NCBI GenBank assembly: GCA_044356725.1 | Contig: JBIKVS010000012.1 | Location: 1-31,201 of the forward strand | Direction: 5' to 3' | From: Minisyncoccia bacterium | GTDB taxonomy: Bacteria > Patescibacteriota > Minisyncoccia > SW-4-49-11 | Length of the DNA stretch: 31,201 nt | Part shown: piece after piece, positions 7,908 to 18,082 of the stretch | Layout: every line of letters begins with the position of its first letter | How positions within the stretch are numbered: the stretch's first letter is position 1 | Made by a program: the position numbers and the translations under genes | The notes under the pieces: generated by a model | Told to the model about the DNA's origin: nothing | Database searches by the model: none | What the model saw: the letters and a program-made list of their open reading frames with translations, nothing else

Positions 7908-7973
7908 ATAAGTAAGGAGGGTACCCTCCAGACAGATGTACGTCACATATTAGTAATATTAAGTTATACATAT

Positions 7974-8405
7974 ATGAGGATTCGCAATCTACCAACATTA
8001 AACACTTTTGAACTAAGCCCAAGTAGGCTATTTGATGAAATATTCGAAACATCTTTCCCAAGTATGACAAGGTCACTCAGTGATATGGAAATGTATCAAG
8101 AAGGTTCTGAACTAGTGGTAAAACTACAAGCTCCTGGATTCAAGGAAGATGATATAGAAATTACTTTAGATAATCGGGTTCTCACCATAGAAGGTAAAGT
8201 ATCCGAGGAAGAGGAGAAAGAAGACAAGAATCGTCACTATTACTTCAAGTCAACTTCCAAAGAATCCTTTAGTAGATCAGTCCAATTACCAGGGGATATA
8301 GATGAGGATTCTGTCATAGCTGATTATAAAGACGGAGTAATAACTCTAAGAATACAGCAAAAGTCAGATTCTACCAAGAAAGTCATTAGCCTCAATAAAG
8401 GGTAA
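7974..8405 (+). CDS. Hsp20/alpha-crystallin small heat-shock protein
   Basis: PGFKEDDIEI, LTIEG, FSRSVQLP and ADYKDGVITL motifs. Confidence 0.95.
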   Translation: MRIRNLPTLNTFELSPSRLFDEIFETSFPSMTRSLSDMEMYQEGSELVVKLQAPGFKEDDIEITLDNRVLTIEGKVSEEEEKEDKNRHYYFKSTSKESFSRSVQLPGDIDEDSVIADYKDGVITLRIQQKSDSTKKVISLNKG

Positions 8406-8426
8406 TTTTAGACTAAAAGGAAAAGT

Positions 8427-8452
8427 AAAAGAGGGATTATGTCCCTCTTTTT
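8427..8452. terminator. Bidirectional intrinsic terminator
   Basis: AAAAGAGGGA-ttatg-TCCCTCTTTTT between convergent genes. Confidence 0.8.
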
Positions 8453-8457
8453 AGGTT

Positions 8458-8498
8458 GTCCACCCTCGTCTTTCAGACATTCTCCTTCAAAGGAGGAT
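8458..8498 (-). repeat. Degenerate REP-like element
   Basis: Reverse complement TCCTCCTTTGAAGGAGAATGTCTGAAAGACGAGGGTGGAC has the same two-hairpin layout as 3001-3063. Confidence 0.55.
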
Positions 8499-8536
8499 AA
8501 AAAAGCAGACTATCTGTATTAAAAACATATCAATTT

Positions 8537-9541
8537 TTATTTCACCACATTCAACATTTCACTCTTAAGTTGCGCTTGGATATTCTCAACCGTAGTCTCA
8601 AGAATTCTTAATATAGCCTCTTTAGAATTAAAGGCATTATGTGGAGTAACAATAACTCGATGGTCTTGGATTAATAGATGATCTTGCACTACAGTTTGTA
8701 AATCGCAAGTTTTCAAAAAAGCCTGAGATAATAATTCTTTTTCTTCTTTAATAAAACACTCTTCTTCCAAAACATCAAGTCCAGCTCCAGCTAAAATTCC
8801 TTCTTCCAAGCCCATAATTAGAGCCGAAGTCTCAATCAATCCACCTCTAGCGGTATTAATTAGATAAGAACCCTTTTTCATTAATCTTATAGTCTTCCTA
8901 TTAATAATATGATGTGTCTCAGGCCTATAAGCAGTATGAAGACTGACAATATCAGCATTAGATAATAATTCTTCTAAACTTATGTATTCAAACCCAATTT
9001 CTTTGGCCATCTCATTTTTTGGGTAAGCATCATAAGCTAAAATATTCATATTAAAACCCTTAGCCATTTTAGCTACAAAACTACCAATTCTACCCATTCC
9101 AATAATACCCAAAGTTTTACCTCTTAAATCAAACCCAGCCAAACCATCTGGATTAAAATCAAAAGTTTTTGCTCTTTCAACTGATGGGATTAACTGACGA
9201 GACAATGCGAGAATTAAAGCAAAAGTATGTTCCGCCACAGTATTCTCTCCATAAAAGGGGACAGAGTGAACAGTAATCCCACGAGTTTTACAAGCCTCAA
9301 GGTCAATATGGTCATAACCAGTAGACATAGTAAAAATGGCCTTTAATTTAGGTAATTTTTCCAAAACCTCAGCAGTAACTTGAGAGTAAACAAACACAAC
9401 TAAATGAGTAGTATCCGCTCTATTATCTAATATAGAGACAGATAAAATATCCTCATAATATTCTTGCTCTAAATCAGTAGGTAAATTTTCTTGTAAATAT
9501 TTTTTCTCAGACTTATCAATTTCAAAGGCAAGTAATTTCAT
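8537..9541 (-). CDS. D-isomer-specific 2-hydroxyacid dehydrogenase (D-lactate dehydrogenase-like)
   Basis: STGYDHID, VAEH, GIIGMGRIG, INTARGGLI, GLDVLEEE and TPHNAF motifs. Confidence 0.93.
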   Translation of the reverse strand: MKLLAFEIDKSEKKYLQENLPTDLEQEYYEDILSVSILDNRADTTHLVVFVYSQVTAEVLEKLPKLKAIFTMSTGYDHIDLEACKTRGITVHSVPFYGENTVAEHTFALILALSRQLIPSVERAKTFDFNPDGLAGFDLRGKTLGIIGMGRIGSFVAKMAKGFNMNILAYDAYPKNEMAKEIGFEYISLEELLSNADIVSLHTAYRPETHHIINRKTIRLMKKGSYLINTARGGLIETSALIMGLEEGILAGAGLDVLEEECFIKEEKELLSQAFLKTCDLQTVVQDHLLIQDHRVIVTPHNAFNSKEAILRILETTVENIQAQLKSEMLNVVK

Positions 9542-9551
9542 ACATTATAAT

Positions 9552-11231
9552 CTAGGCAATAATTTCTCCAGCATATTCAAATTTTTTGCTAGCACTATAA
9601 CTCAAACTAGTTAGTAGTAAATTCAAGGTAGTAATTAATAGAACCAATAATATTACCAAGTCTACATTATTAGTTAAGACTAAATACATAATATTAGCAA
9701 TAATTATACTACCTCCAAGAGCCAAAGTAGTGAAGGCTAATCCAGGTAAAGTGGTAGATAAAGTCTCAGGATCACTAGAAAATCTATTAGGATACTTTAT
9801 AGATAAGAATATAGCTAATAATGTTATTAAAATTACAGACAAACTAAATACAATCCAGAATAATAAAGTAGGGAAAAAACCAAAGCCTAAAATTACAAAG
9901 TTAGCAATCAGAATCGGACTACCAATAAATAAGAATAAAATAGTATATATAATCAGCTTTCCAACAGCAATATTCCAAGGAGATACTGGGGCTACTCCTA
10001 GAATCCAAGCTACTTTTCTCTCAGAACTAAAGGTAGGGAATACAAATCTTAGAGTTAAGGCACTAATAAAGTACAATCCAATCGCTAAAATTAAAGCATA
10101 AATAAAATTGGGGAAAATATAACCATCACCATAGGTTTTGGCATTAGCTGTAACCCTCCAACTGACTGCAGTTTGAGCTAACCATAAACCAACTACAATT
10201 ATAAACCAAAGTAAATTCTTTTTATCTCTCCAGATTAATAATAACTCTTTATCTATAATAGTATTTATAGCGTTAATAGACGGGAAATTATAAGATTTAT
10301 GAACAATATTTTTGGCATTATTTTGAGTAGCTATATAGGTTCCCTCTTGTAATAACTGCCACATTGTAAGATAGCTCCTTTTCAATAAAGTATAGGAAGT
10401 GATTAGTAAAATAATAGTTAGAATTGAAAATATAATGGTATAGTTAGTTCCAAAAATATTTGCACAGAACAATAAATCATGTAAAACTTGGGCTATTCCA
10501 AAAGTAGGCAAATAAATCAACTGCTCTTTCATAGTTGCCATTTGAGTCACGTAATTACCATCAAAGAATTTTACAAAGTCTTGAGGAATGGCAATTCTCC
10601 AGAATAAAGTAATCATCAAAACCGAGCTAATAACAAGCAATATAATAGCTAAAGACTGAGACACAATATTCCTTCCCATTAGATTAGAGAAATATCTCAA
10701 AATATAAACACTGAGCATATAAGATAAAACCCCAACAATACTACCAATAATAATCAAAGCAGTAGTCAAAACAAAACTTAAGAATAATTGCAGTCCACCC
10801 ACTCCCATAAACTGAGCAATACCAACTAAAACAGGAATAATTACAGAAAGAAAAATCCAAAGACTAGAAATTAACAACTGGAATAAGTTTACAAAAGCCA
10901 TAATAGAGAATGCTGGAGTAGCCATAATCCACTGATGAGACTTACGACCAAAAGAAGCAGCAATCACTAAAATACTATTTCCATAACTTAAGACAAAGAC
11001 AAGCAAATAGAATAACTGAGCAATATAAAAGTACAAAGCATCTCTTAACTCAATATCTCTACTAATGAAATTGAGTCCTCCAATAGTAGTAGCATAAATA
11101 GATATAGCAACAAATAAAATTATAATTAACAGAATAAAAACAGCAAAAATACGAGTAAATTTCTCACGAGCCAAATACCTTTTAATAACTTGTCCAGGAT
11201 AAGACAATAATAATCCAAATGATTCAGACAT
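9552..11231 (-). CDS. ABC-2 type exporter permease (two membrane halves)
   Basis: About 12 or more TM segments; KELLLIWRD and FSSERKVAWIL..APV..WNIAVGKL motifs; follows the ATPase gene. Confidence 0.8.
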   Translation of the reverse strand: MSESFGLLLSYPGQVIKRYLAREKFTRIFAVFILLIIILFVAISIYATTIGGLNFISRDIELRDALYFYIAQLFYLLVFVLSYGNSILVIAASFGRKSHQWIMATPAFSIMAFVNLFQLLISSLWIFLSVIIPVLVGIAQFMGVGGLQLFLSFVLTTALIIIGSIVGVLSYMLSVYILRYFSNLMGRNIVSQSLAIILLVISSVLMITLFWRIAIPQDFVKFFDGNYVTQMATMKEQLIYLPTFGIAQVLHDLLFCANIFGTNYTIIFSILTIILLITSYTLLKRSYLTMWQLLQEGTYIATQNNAKNIVHKSYNFPSINAINTIIDKELLLIWRDKKNLLWFIIVVGLWLAQTAVSWRVTANAKTYGDGYIFPNFIYALILAIGLYFISALTLRFVFPTFSSERKVAWILGVAPVSPWNIAVGKLIIYTILFLFIGSPILIANFVILGFGFFPTLLFWIVFSLSVILITLLAIFLSIKYPNRFSSDPETLSTTLPGLAFTTLALGGSIIIANIMYLVLTNNVDLVILLVLLITTLNLLLTSLSYSASKKFEYAGEIIA

Positions 11232-11242
11232 AGAATTTATAT

Positions 11243-11968
11243 TTATTTAACTAAATAATTTTTATAAACATCATCAAGCGAAGTCTTAGCAGGGAGCTTA
11301 GCCTTATCTACCAATTCCTTATATGTACCCTCTATCTTTAATTTTCCTTTCTCAAATATTCCAATTCTAGTAGCCAGCTCTTGAGCTACAAATAAAGTAT
11401 GAGTCACCATTAAAACCGTACCACCTTCCTTCACGAAAACATCCAAAATATTTTTAGTAATATCAATACTAACAGGGTCAAGTCCCACAATCGGCTCATC
11501 GATCAATAAAATTTTAGGATTATGCAAGAGGGCAGCTAAAATAGAATATTTTTGTCTAACTCCACGAGAATAATCTTGATACAACTGGTTCTCAGTACCA
11601 GCTAAATTATAAATTTTAAGTAATTTTTTGATATCCTTCTCTCTTTCAGAGGCAGGCATACCATATAAAGCACCTACAAAGTTCATAAACTCTAAACCTG
11701 TCATCCCATCCCAAACAGTTGGCTCATCAGGAATGTACCCAATCAAAGCCTTAGCTTCTTTTGGCTCCTCTACAACATTAATTCCATCTAATAGAATTTC
11801 TCCCTTAGTAGGCTGTAATAACCCAGCCAACAACTTAACCAAAGTACTTTTACCAGCTCCGTTAGGACCAATAAGAGCATAAAACTCACCCTGCTTAATA
11901 GATAGATCTAAAGTATGAACAACAGTCTTATCTTTGAATTTTTTAGAAACACCTTTGATTTCAATCAT
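11243..11968 (-). CDS. ABC transporter ATP-binding protein
   Basis: Walker A GPNGAGKST, signature YSRGVRQK, Walker B LLIDEPIVGLD, H-loop VTH. Confidence 0.96.
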   Translation of the reverse strand: MIEIKGVSKKFKDKTVVHTLDLSIKQGEFYALIGPNGAGKSTLVKLLAGLLQPTKGEILLDGINVVEEPKEAKALIGYIPDEPTVWDGMTGLEFMNFVGALYGMPASEREKDIKKLLKIYNLAGTENQLYQDYSRGVRQKYSILAALLHNPKILLIDEPIVGLDPVSIDITKNILDVFVKEGGTVLMVTHTLFVAQELATRIGIFEKGKLKIEGTYKELVDKAKLPAKTSLDDVYKNYLVK

Positions 11969-12000
11969 ATTTGTATATTATTATTTTTAACTATAAATTA

Positions 12001-12054
12001 ATTATATCATAGTTTGACAAATTTGTATAGTACAATATATAATAAATTTGTATA
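12001..12054. promoter_or_regulatory. Divergent promoter region with repeated motif
   Basis: Minus-strand TGATATAAT (12009-12001); plus-strand TTGACA 12014-12019 and TATAAT 12038-12043; AAATTTGTATA occurs twice. Confidence 0.55.
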
Positions 12055-12071
12055 AGCTATATATTTAATTT

Positions 12072-13250
12072 ATGAAAAAATATTTTTCAATACTTATAGC
12101 TCTAGCATTTGTACTGAGTACACAGTCAGCCTCAGCCCTGATGTTAGACGCGGGAGAGTCAGTAAATATAAGAGAAAAAGTAGAGGGAGATGCCTATCTA
12201 GCTGGACAGACAGTTAGAATTCAAGAAAATATAGAAGGAGATGCTATAATTGCTGGAGGAGTCGTAGATATAGACTCTGTTATCACCCAAGATGCTATAA
12301 TTGCTGGAGATAAAATCACTATCAATAAAGAGATCGGAGATGATGTAAGACTAGCAGGATCAACTGTAATTATTAAAGCTGATGTCAAAGGAGATGTAAT
12401 CACCTTTGCTGAGACATTAATTATAGATAAAGATGTTACTATTTCAGGAAGTATAATTGCTTTTGTATCCAAATTTCAATTAGATGGAACAGTTAATGGT
12501 AATATTAAAATTGCTAGTGTAGACAGCACCATTACTGGGACTGTATTAGGAGATGCCAAAATCCGAACAGCTGACTTCAATCTAGAAGGAACATTGGCAG
12601 GAAAGACTGAATTTGTAGCTGAAAGAAATGTAAATATTGCAGAGTCTGCTAAATTTGGAGATACTGTAAACTATGGATATACCCAAGAATTAGATTTAAC
12701 ATCTAATCTTGAAGAAGGAGTTACCGCTAAATTAGACTCAGAACTATTAAAAGCTCAAACCGAGAGCAAAGAAATTCTACCAAATATGTTCTCAGGAATG
12801 TTGGTATTTAGAATTTTATCAGCCGCTTTAGTAATCCTATTAGTAGCTTGGTTAGCTGGTAAATTCACAGCTAAAGCTACCAAAAACCTTGAAGAAGGTA
12901 AAGACTTTAGAAAAGCTTTCTTCTATGGAATATTATTATTCTTCCTACCGATTTCAATTATCATTTTACTACTTGTAAGCTTAATCGGAATCCCCGTAGC
13001 TCTATTTTTGACCTTTGCATATCTATCAATGATATTCTTCTCACAATCAATCACCAGCTTAATCATAGCTCAGTGGTTAAATCATAAGTATAAACTCAAG
13101 CAACCAAAATCCCAAGTTTTCTTAGTAGCTTTAGGAGTATACATTGTACTATATCTAATCAAATTCATCCCAATATTAGGAGTAGTAACAGGATTAGTAC
13201 TAACATACATTGCCTTTGGAGCATTAGTCATAGAATATCGAAAAAAATAA
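12072..13250 (+). CDS. Bactofilin-like beta-helix protein with signal peptide and C-terminal multi-TM domain
   Basis: Repeats of (V/I).GDA..AG..V.I followed by about five TM helices. Confidence 0.8.
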   Translation: MKKYFSILIALAFVLSTQSASALMLDAGESVNIREKVEGDAYLAGQTVRIQENIEGDAIIAGGVVDIDSVITQDAIIAGDKITINKEIGDDVRLAGSTVIIKADVKGDVITFAETLIIDKDVTISGSIIAFVSKFQLDGTVNGNIKIASVDSTITGTVLGDAKIRTADFNLEGTLAGKTEFVAERNVNIAESAKFGDTVNYGYTQELDLTSNLEEGVTAKLDSELLKAQTESKEILPNMFSGMLVFRILSAALVILLVAWLAGKFTAKATKNLEEGKDFRKAFFYGILLFFLPISIIILLLVSLIGIPVALFLTFAYLSMIFFSQSITSLIIAQWLNHKYKLKQPKSQVFLVALGVYIVLYLIKFIPILGVVTGLVLTYIAFGALVIEYRKK

Positions 13251-13256
13251 ATTAAT

Positions 13257-13985
13257 ATGCTTAGTTCATCCTTATTAATAGGGAGTTTAGTTGCAGGGGT
13301 GCTAACATTTTTAGCCCCCTGTACTTTTCCATTAATCCCAGCCTATATAGGATTTATCACAGGAGATGGTAAACTCACCAAACTCCAAACTATCCGTAAT
13401 GGAGCCCTATTCGTACTAGGATTTATGGGAGTATTTGTAATACTTGGAGTGTTTGCTAGTAGTCTTGCTGGATTTTTTACCCCTTCTGTTAGATTGCTAA
13501 TTAGCCGTATAGCTGGAATATTTATACTAATTTGGGGATTAGAAATGATAGGAATATTCAAACATAAAATTTTCCAAATAAATTGGACACCTAAAATTAA
13601 AGGACTAAAAGCCGGCACCGCTCAAAGTTCAATACTATTAGGAATATTATTAGGAATAGGCTGGACCCCATGTGTAGGCCCAATACTAGGTACAATTTTA
13701 ACTTTTCTAATTAATCAAGGTACAGTTTTAGACGGAGCTATACTGATGTTCGTATTCTCAGTCGGACTTGCTATCCCATTTTTAATAACCGCCATTTTAC
13801 TCGCTCAAGGTAGACAGTTATTACAAAAAATTGAAAAATTAACCCCAATTATCCGAATTATAAGTGGACTATTCCTCGTCCTAATCGGAATATTATTTAT
13901 CACCAATAGCCTAGAAGTACTCGGAAGATTTATATTCAAAACACTAGACTTTATCAATTACGATAGAATATTGGATTATCTATAA
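13257..13985 (+). CDS. ccdA: CcdA/DsbD-type thiol-disulfide transmembrane electron transporter
   Basis: AGVLTFLAPCTFPLIPAY and GWTPCVGPILG Cys motifs. Confidence 0.92.
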   Translation: MLSSSLLIGSLVAGVLTFLAPCTFPLIPAYIGFITGDGKLTKLQTIRNGALFVLGFMGVFVILGVFASSLAGFFTPSVRLLISRIAGIFILIWGLEMIGIFKHKIFQINWTPKIKGLKAGTAQSSILLGILLGIGWTPCVGPILGTILTFLINQGTVLDGAILMFVFSVGLAIPFLITAILLAQGRQLLQKIEKLTPIIRIISGLFLVLIGILFITNSLEVLGRFIFKTLDFINYDRILDYL

Positions 13986-13987
13986 AA

Positions 13988-15823
13988 ATGAAAAATATGA
14001 AAATAAAACAAATAATAATAATTATAGCATTATTTTTAATCCCCAAAATATCTTTAGCTGAGAGAATAACAAGTTTTGACTCTCAAATGGTCATTAATCA
14101 AGATAGAAGCATAGATGTCACAGAGACAATTACTTATGACTCAGAGGGAATAGAAAAGCAAGGGATATATCGTAAAATAGCTTTAGATAGAAAATTTGTT
14201 GATAGTATTCAGGTCTTTAGAGATGATAGCCCAGAGCCAATATTAATCACAAGAGATTGGCTGAATAATAATATCAATATTAGAATAGGGCAGGAGGAAG
14301 TTTATTTTACAGGTATTAGACAATACATAGTCCAATACAAATATAACAATATTATTCAGTCAGATAATAATTTAGATATATTAAGACATAATATTACTGG
14401 TAATAATTGGCAAATACCAATAGATAAGATATCTTCCACTATAATACTCCCCCAAAACCTATCGAATAGTTATATTATACAGCCAAAATGTGAAATTATA
14501 GGTAATGAAATGCAAATAGTTGATGACTGTCAAATCAATCAGATTGGCGATAAAGTAATCCAACTAAATTATGATAGACAGATTACTCCAAAAAATGGTT
14601 TAGAGATAAATCTTACAGTCAAGGCAGGAATATTAAATGAAGCTCCAATCTTATCTAGAGCTAACATAAACTTTTTAATAGCTTCAAGCATACTAATAAT
14701 AGGCTTGTTAACACTATGTATAATTTGGCTATTTTTATATAAGAATCAAAGTATAAGATATGAAAGTGTAGTCCAATACACTCCACCCAAGAATCTTAGT
14801 CCGGCTGGAGTAGGATATCTGAGATATAATAAGCCACATCCCCGACTAATCTCGGCTTTAATGATATCCTTAGCTAGACAAGGCATTATCAAAATTAAAC
14901 AAAATTTCGATAAAAAATTCTGGCAAAGGTCTAAATATACATTCGATATAGTAGACAAAGAAAAAGCAAGAGCAGTAAATTATATGGGAGAGGCATTTTT
15001 AATAGAAAGTATATTCAAATATTATCTGATGACAAATAATAGGTTGTTTTTAGAAATAAGAGCACTTATATCCAGAGAGGATAGAAAAAAATCAACAATA
15101 AACATCTTAATATTTGCATTTATTTTAATATTTCTAGGCTCTATTTTTAGAGTTGAATTAATCTTTTTTGGTATAATTGCAATAATGTATTTTATATTAT
15201 CTAAAACTGATCCTTTCAGTGAAATATATAAAGCTGTATATTTAGAAGAAGTTGCACAGTATTATATCAAAATACCAAGATTTATAAAATTAATACTAAA
15301 TTTAATCCCGCTATTAGGGGGTTTTTTAGTAATCATAAGTTATATATCAGGATATTCCATAATATCTATAGCCATTCTAATAATTATTATAATATCAAGT
15401 ATATTAAATAATTTAAAGCCAAAAAGAACACAAGCTGGAGATGAAGTTATGGCATATATTTTAGGACTAGAAGAATATATAGTTGTAGCTGAAAAACATC
15501 GTTTGGATTTCCAAGGTAAAAACTATTTATTCTTTGAAATATTACCTTATGCTATAGCTTTGGGACATACAAAAATATGGGAAAATGCCTTTGAAGGAGT
15601 AATTTCAGATAATCCCACTTGGTTTGAAAGTACAGCTAAATACGATCATACATTTTCATCCTCAGTGTTTTACGGCGATATTATTTATAGTACTGGACAC
15701 TCCATCACTAAAGTTAATAGTAGGTCTTACGGCTCTAATAATAATAGTAGTAGTGGTTTCTTTGGAACGGGCTTCGGAGGCGGAGGTGGCTTTGGTAGTG
15801 GAGGCGGAGGAGGAAGTTGGTAA
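13988..15823 (+). CDS. DUF2207 family membrane protein
   Basis: ERITSFD...DVTETITY N-terminus, FEILPYAIALG..KIW, and a Gly-rich C-terminus ending GGGGGSW. Confidence 0.88.
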   Translation: MKNMKIKQIIIIIALFLIPKISLAERITSFDSQMVINQDRSIDVTETITYDSEGIEKQGIYRKIALDRKFVDSIQVFRDDSPEPILITRDWLNNNINIRIGQEEVYFTGIRQYIVQYKYNNIIQSDNNLDILRHNITGNNWQIPIDKISSTIILPQNLSNSYIIQPKCEIIGNEMQIVDDCQINQIGDKVIQLNYDRQITPKNGLEINLTVKAGILNEAPILSRANINFLIASSILIIGLLTLCIIWLFLYKNQSIRYESVVQYTPPKNLSPAGVGYLRYNKPHPRLISALMISLARQGIIKIKQNFDKKFWQRSKYTFDIVDKEKARAVNYMGEAFLIESIFKYYLMTNNRLFLEIRALISREDRKKSTINILIFAFILIFLGSIFRVELIFFGIIAIMYFILSKTDPFSEIYKAVYLEEVAQYYIKIPRFIKLILNLIPLLGGFLVIISYISGYSIISIAILIIIIISSILNNLKPKRTQAGDEVMAYILGLEEYIVVAEKHRLDFQGKNYLFFEILPYAIALGHTKIWENAFEGVISDNPTWFESTAKYDHTFSSSVFYGDIIYSTGHSITKVNSRSYGSNNNSSSGFFGTGFGGGGGFGSGGGGGSW

Positions 15824-15832
15824 TTTTATATA

Positions 15833-16252
15833 TTAATAATTGTTATTTCTTGAAGAGATTAACATTAATATAGAAAATAAAATTATTATAGGCCAGAATG
15901 CTTGCCCTAGAAAACTTGGACGAATAAGACCAAATCTCATTGCAAGTAGAATAATAGCAAAACTCACTAAAATAATAGTCTCAACAGTAGTGTTTAACTC
16001 AGATTTTGACAATCTATAAATAGCAAAAGCTATTAGCCCAACAGATAGTAATAGTAATAAAGGATTATTTACCAAATCATATAATAATACGGTAGATGTT
16101 GATCTAACAGTACTGCTAATACTAGAAGTATAAGGTCCCCAAAAAGATTGATATGTAAACTTAAATGGAAGAGTAATCACTTTTAAACTTTCAAGTAAAA
16201 GCACCGTACTCAAGACAAGTAATATAGAAGAAAAGAAAGATTTAATAGACAT
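15833..16252 (-). CDS. Hypothetical membrane protein, weak LiaF/DUF5668-like (ORF track starts at 16267)
   Basis: Four TM segments; C-terminal AFWPIIIL resembles the protein at 1624-1986; minus-strand TATAAT upstream. Confidence 0.6.
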   Translation of the reverse strand: MSIKSFFSSILLVLSTVLLLESLKVITLPFKFTYQSFWGPYTSSISSTVRSTSTVLLYDLVNNPLLLLLSVGLIAFAIYRLSKSELNTTVETIILVSFAIILLAMRFGLIRPSFLGQAFWPIIILFSILMLISSRNNNY

Positions 16253-16258
16253 AATAAT

Positions 16259-17179
16259 TTGTATCACTATTATATCTTATTCCCCATAGGAAGAGGAGCC
16301 CATATAGTAGACCAGCTCATCACACAAGGACATCAAGTCATAATCATAGATAACCTAGTCACAGGACAACAAGACCTTATCAACCCAGCCGCAATTTTTT
16401 ATCAAGAAGACATCACCAATGCACAAAAAGTAGAAGAAATAGTCCAAAAACACCAAATCCAAATCATCTGCCATCAAGCCGCCCAATTAGATGTCAGAAA
16501 GTCAGTCCAAGACCCTCAATACGATGCCAATGTCAACATCATCGGTACCATCAATCTATTCGAAGCCGCCCGCAAACACGGAGTCACCAAAGTAGTCTTC
16601 GCCTCCTCAGCAGGAACAGTATATGGAGACAAAGAAACTCTACCAGTAAACGAAAGTGCCGACACCAAACCAGAGTGCCCTTATGGTATTTCTAAACTAA
16701 CAATGGAAAAGTATGCATATTTCTATCACAAACAATATGGAATTTCTTATGTTGCTTTGAGATACTCTAATGTATACGGACCAAGACAAAACTCTCATGG
16801 AGAAGCAGGAGTAGTTGGTATTTTTACAAACAAAATGTTAGCAGGAGAAGATTGTTTTATAAATGGAGATGGATTGATAACCAGAGACTTTATTTATATC
16901 GATGATGTAGTGAAGGCTTGTATTATTGCAATAAATAACGAAATTATTGGAGAGTATAATATTTCCAGAGGAGAGCAAACAGATATTAATACTATAGCTA
17001 AATTATTAAAAGAGTTTTCTCAATATTCAAAAGATATTCAGTATCGCGAAAAAAAACCAGGAGAACAACTTTTTGGAGAATACAGTTCTAAATTATTTCA
17101 ACAAAAAACCAATTGGAAGCCTATAGTTGGTATCCAACAAGGTCTACTTCAAACCGTAGAATATTTTAAGAATAAGTAA
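16259..17179 (+). pseudogene. NAD-dependent nucleotide-sugar epimerase (GalE-like), 5'-truncated
   Basis: HQAAQ, ASSAGTVYG, YGISK, LRYSNVYGPRQ and TRDFIYIDD are intact, but the N-terminal TGGAGFIG is replaced by FPIGRG and there is no ATG start. Confidence 0.65.
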
Positions 17180-17238
17180 TAATATTCACAACAACTTAAC
17201 TTTATGATAAACTAGACATAAGGTTAAAATATTAATTC

Positions 17239-18075
17239 ATGCATTCACCAATAGTATCGGTTCTAATGCCAGCATATAATTCAGAAAAATATATAGCAGA
17301 TGCAATAGATAGCATATTAAATCAGACATTTCAAGATTTTGAATTAATAGTAATAGATGACTGTTCCAAAGATAAAACATGGCATATAATCCAAAAATAT
17401 GCCCAAAAAGACAAAAGAGTAGTGGCAATCAAAAACACTAAAAATCTAGGAATAAGCGATAATCGTAATAAAGCCATCAGCATATCCAAAGGAAAATATC
17501 TAGCACCACTAGATAATGATGATTGGTCATATCCAGATAGGTTTGCAAAACAAGTAGAATTTTTAGACAATAATCCAGATATAGGTATTGTCGGCGGATC
17601 AGTAGAAGTATATAATGAAACTTTTACAAAACTATTATATAAAAACACCTTTTATCCAGATGACAAATCACTCAAAAAACATATATTCAGACAATTACCA
17701 TTCTCACACTCCAGTGTAATGTACAGAAGAGAAATTGGACTAGAAAATCCATATAGTAATAAATTATGCACCGCAGAAGACTATGACTTTTATTTTAGAG
17801 CAGGTATAAAACATAAATTTGCTAACCTAAAAGATGTATTAATCAAATACCGTACAAGCAAAACTCAAGAATCTACTACCAAAAATAGACGGCAAAGCTA
17901 TCTAGCAATGTATATACGTCTCAAAGCTACCGTAGAATATGGGTATAAATTATTTAAAAAAGATATAGCTTTAATAGTATTAAAATTAATACTAATCCCA
18001 ACCTTCCCCAAAAGATTTAGAGACCAGCTATTCAATATGTTTTGGAAAGGTCCAAATATACAAAATAAAGAATAA
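17239..18075 (+). CDS. Glycosyltransferase family 2
   Basis: VSVLMPAYN, IDDCSKD, LDNDD and EDYDF motifs. Confidence 0.95.
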   Translation: MHSPIVSVLMPAYNSEKYIADAIDSILNQTFQDFELIVIDDCSKDKTWHIIQKYAQKDKRVVAIKNTKNLGISDNRNKAISISKGKYLAPLDNDDWSYPDRFAKQVEFLDNNPDIGIVGGSVEVYNETFTKLLYKNTFYPDDKSLKKHIFRQLPFSHSSVMYRREIGLENPYSNKLCTAEDYDFYFRAGIKHKFANLKDVLIKYRTSKTQESTTKNRRQSYLAMYIRLKATVEYGYKLFKKDIALIVLKLILIPTFPKRFRDQLFNMFWKGPNIQNKE

Positions 18076-18082
18076 GATAATA

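Noticed and set aside
7936-7953. uORF MYVTY upstream of hsp20
   Set aside because: Too short to support, and the nearest GGAGG is 15 nt away.
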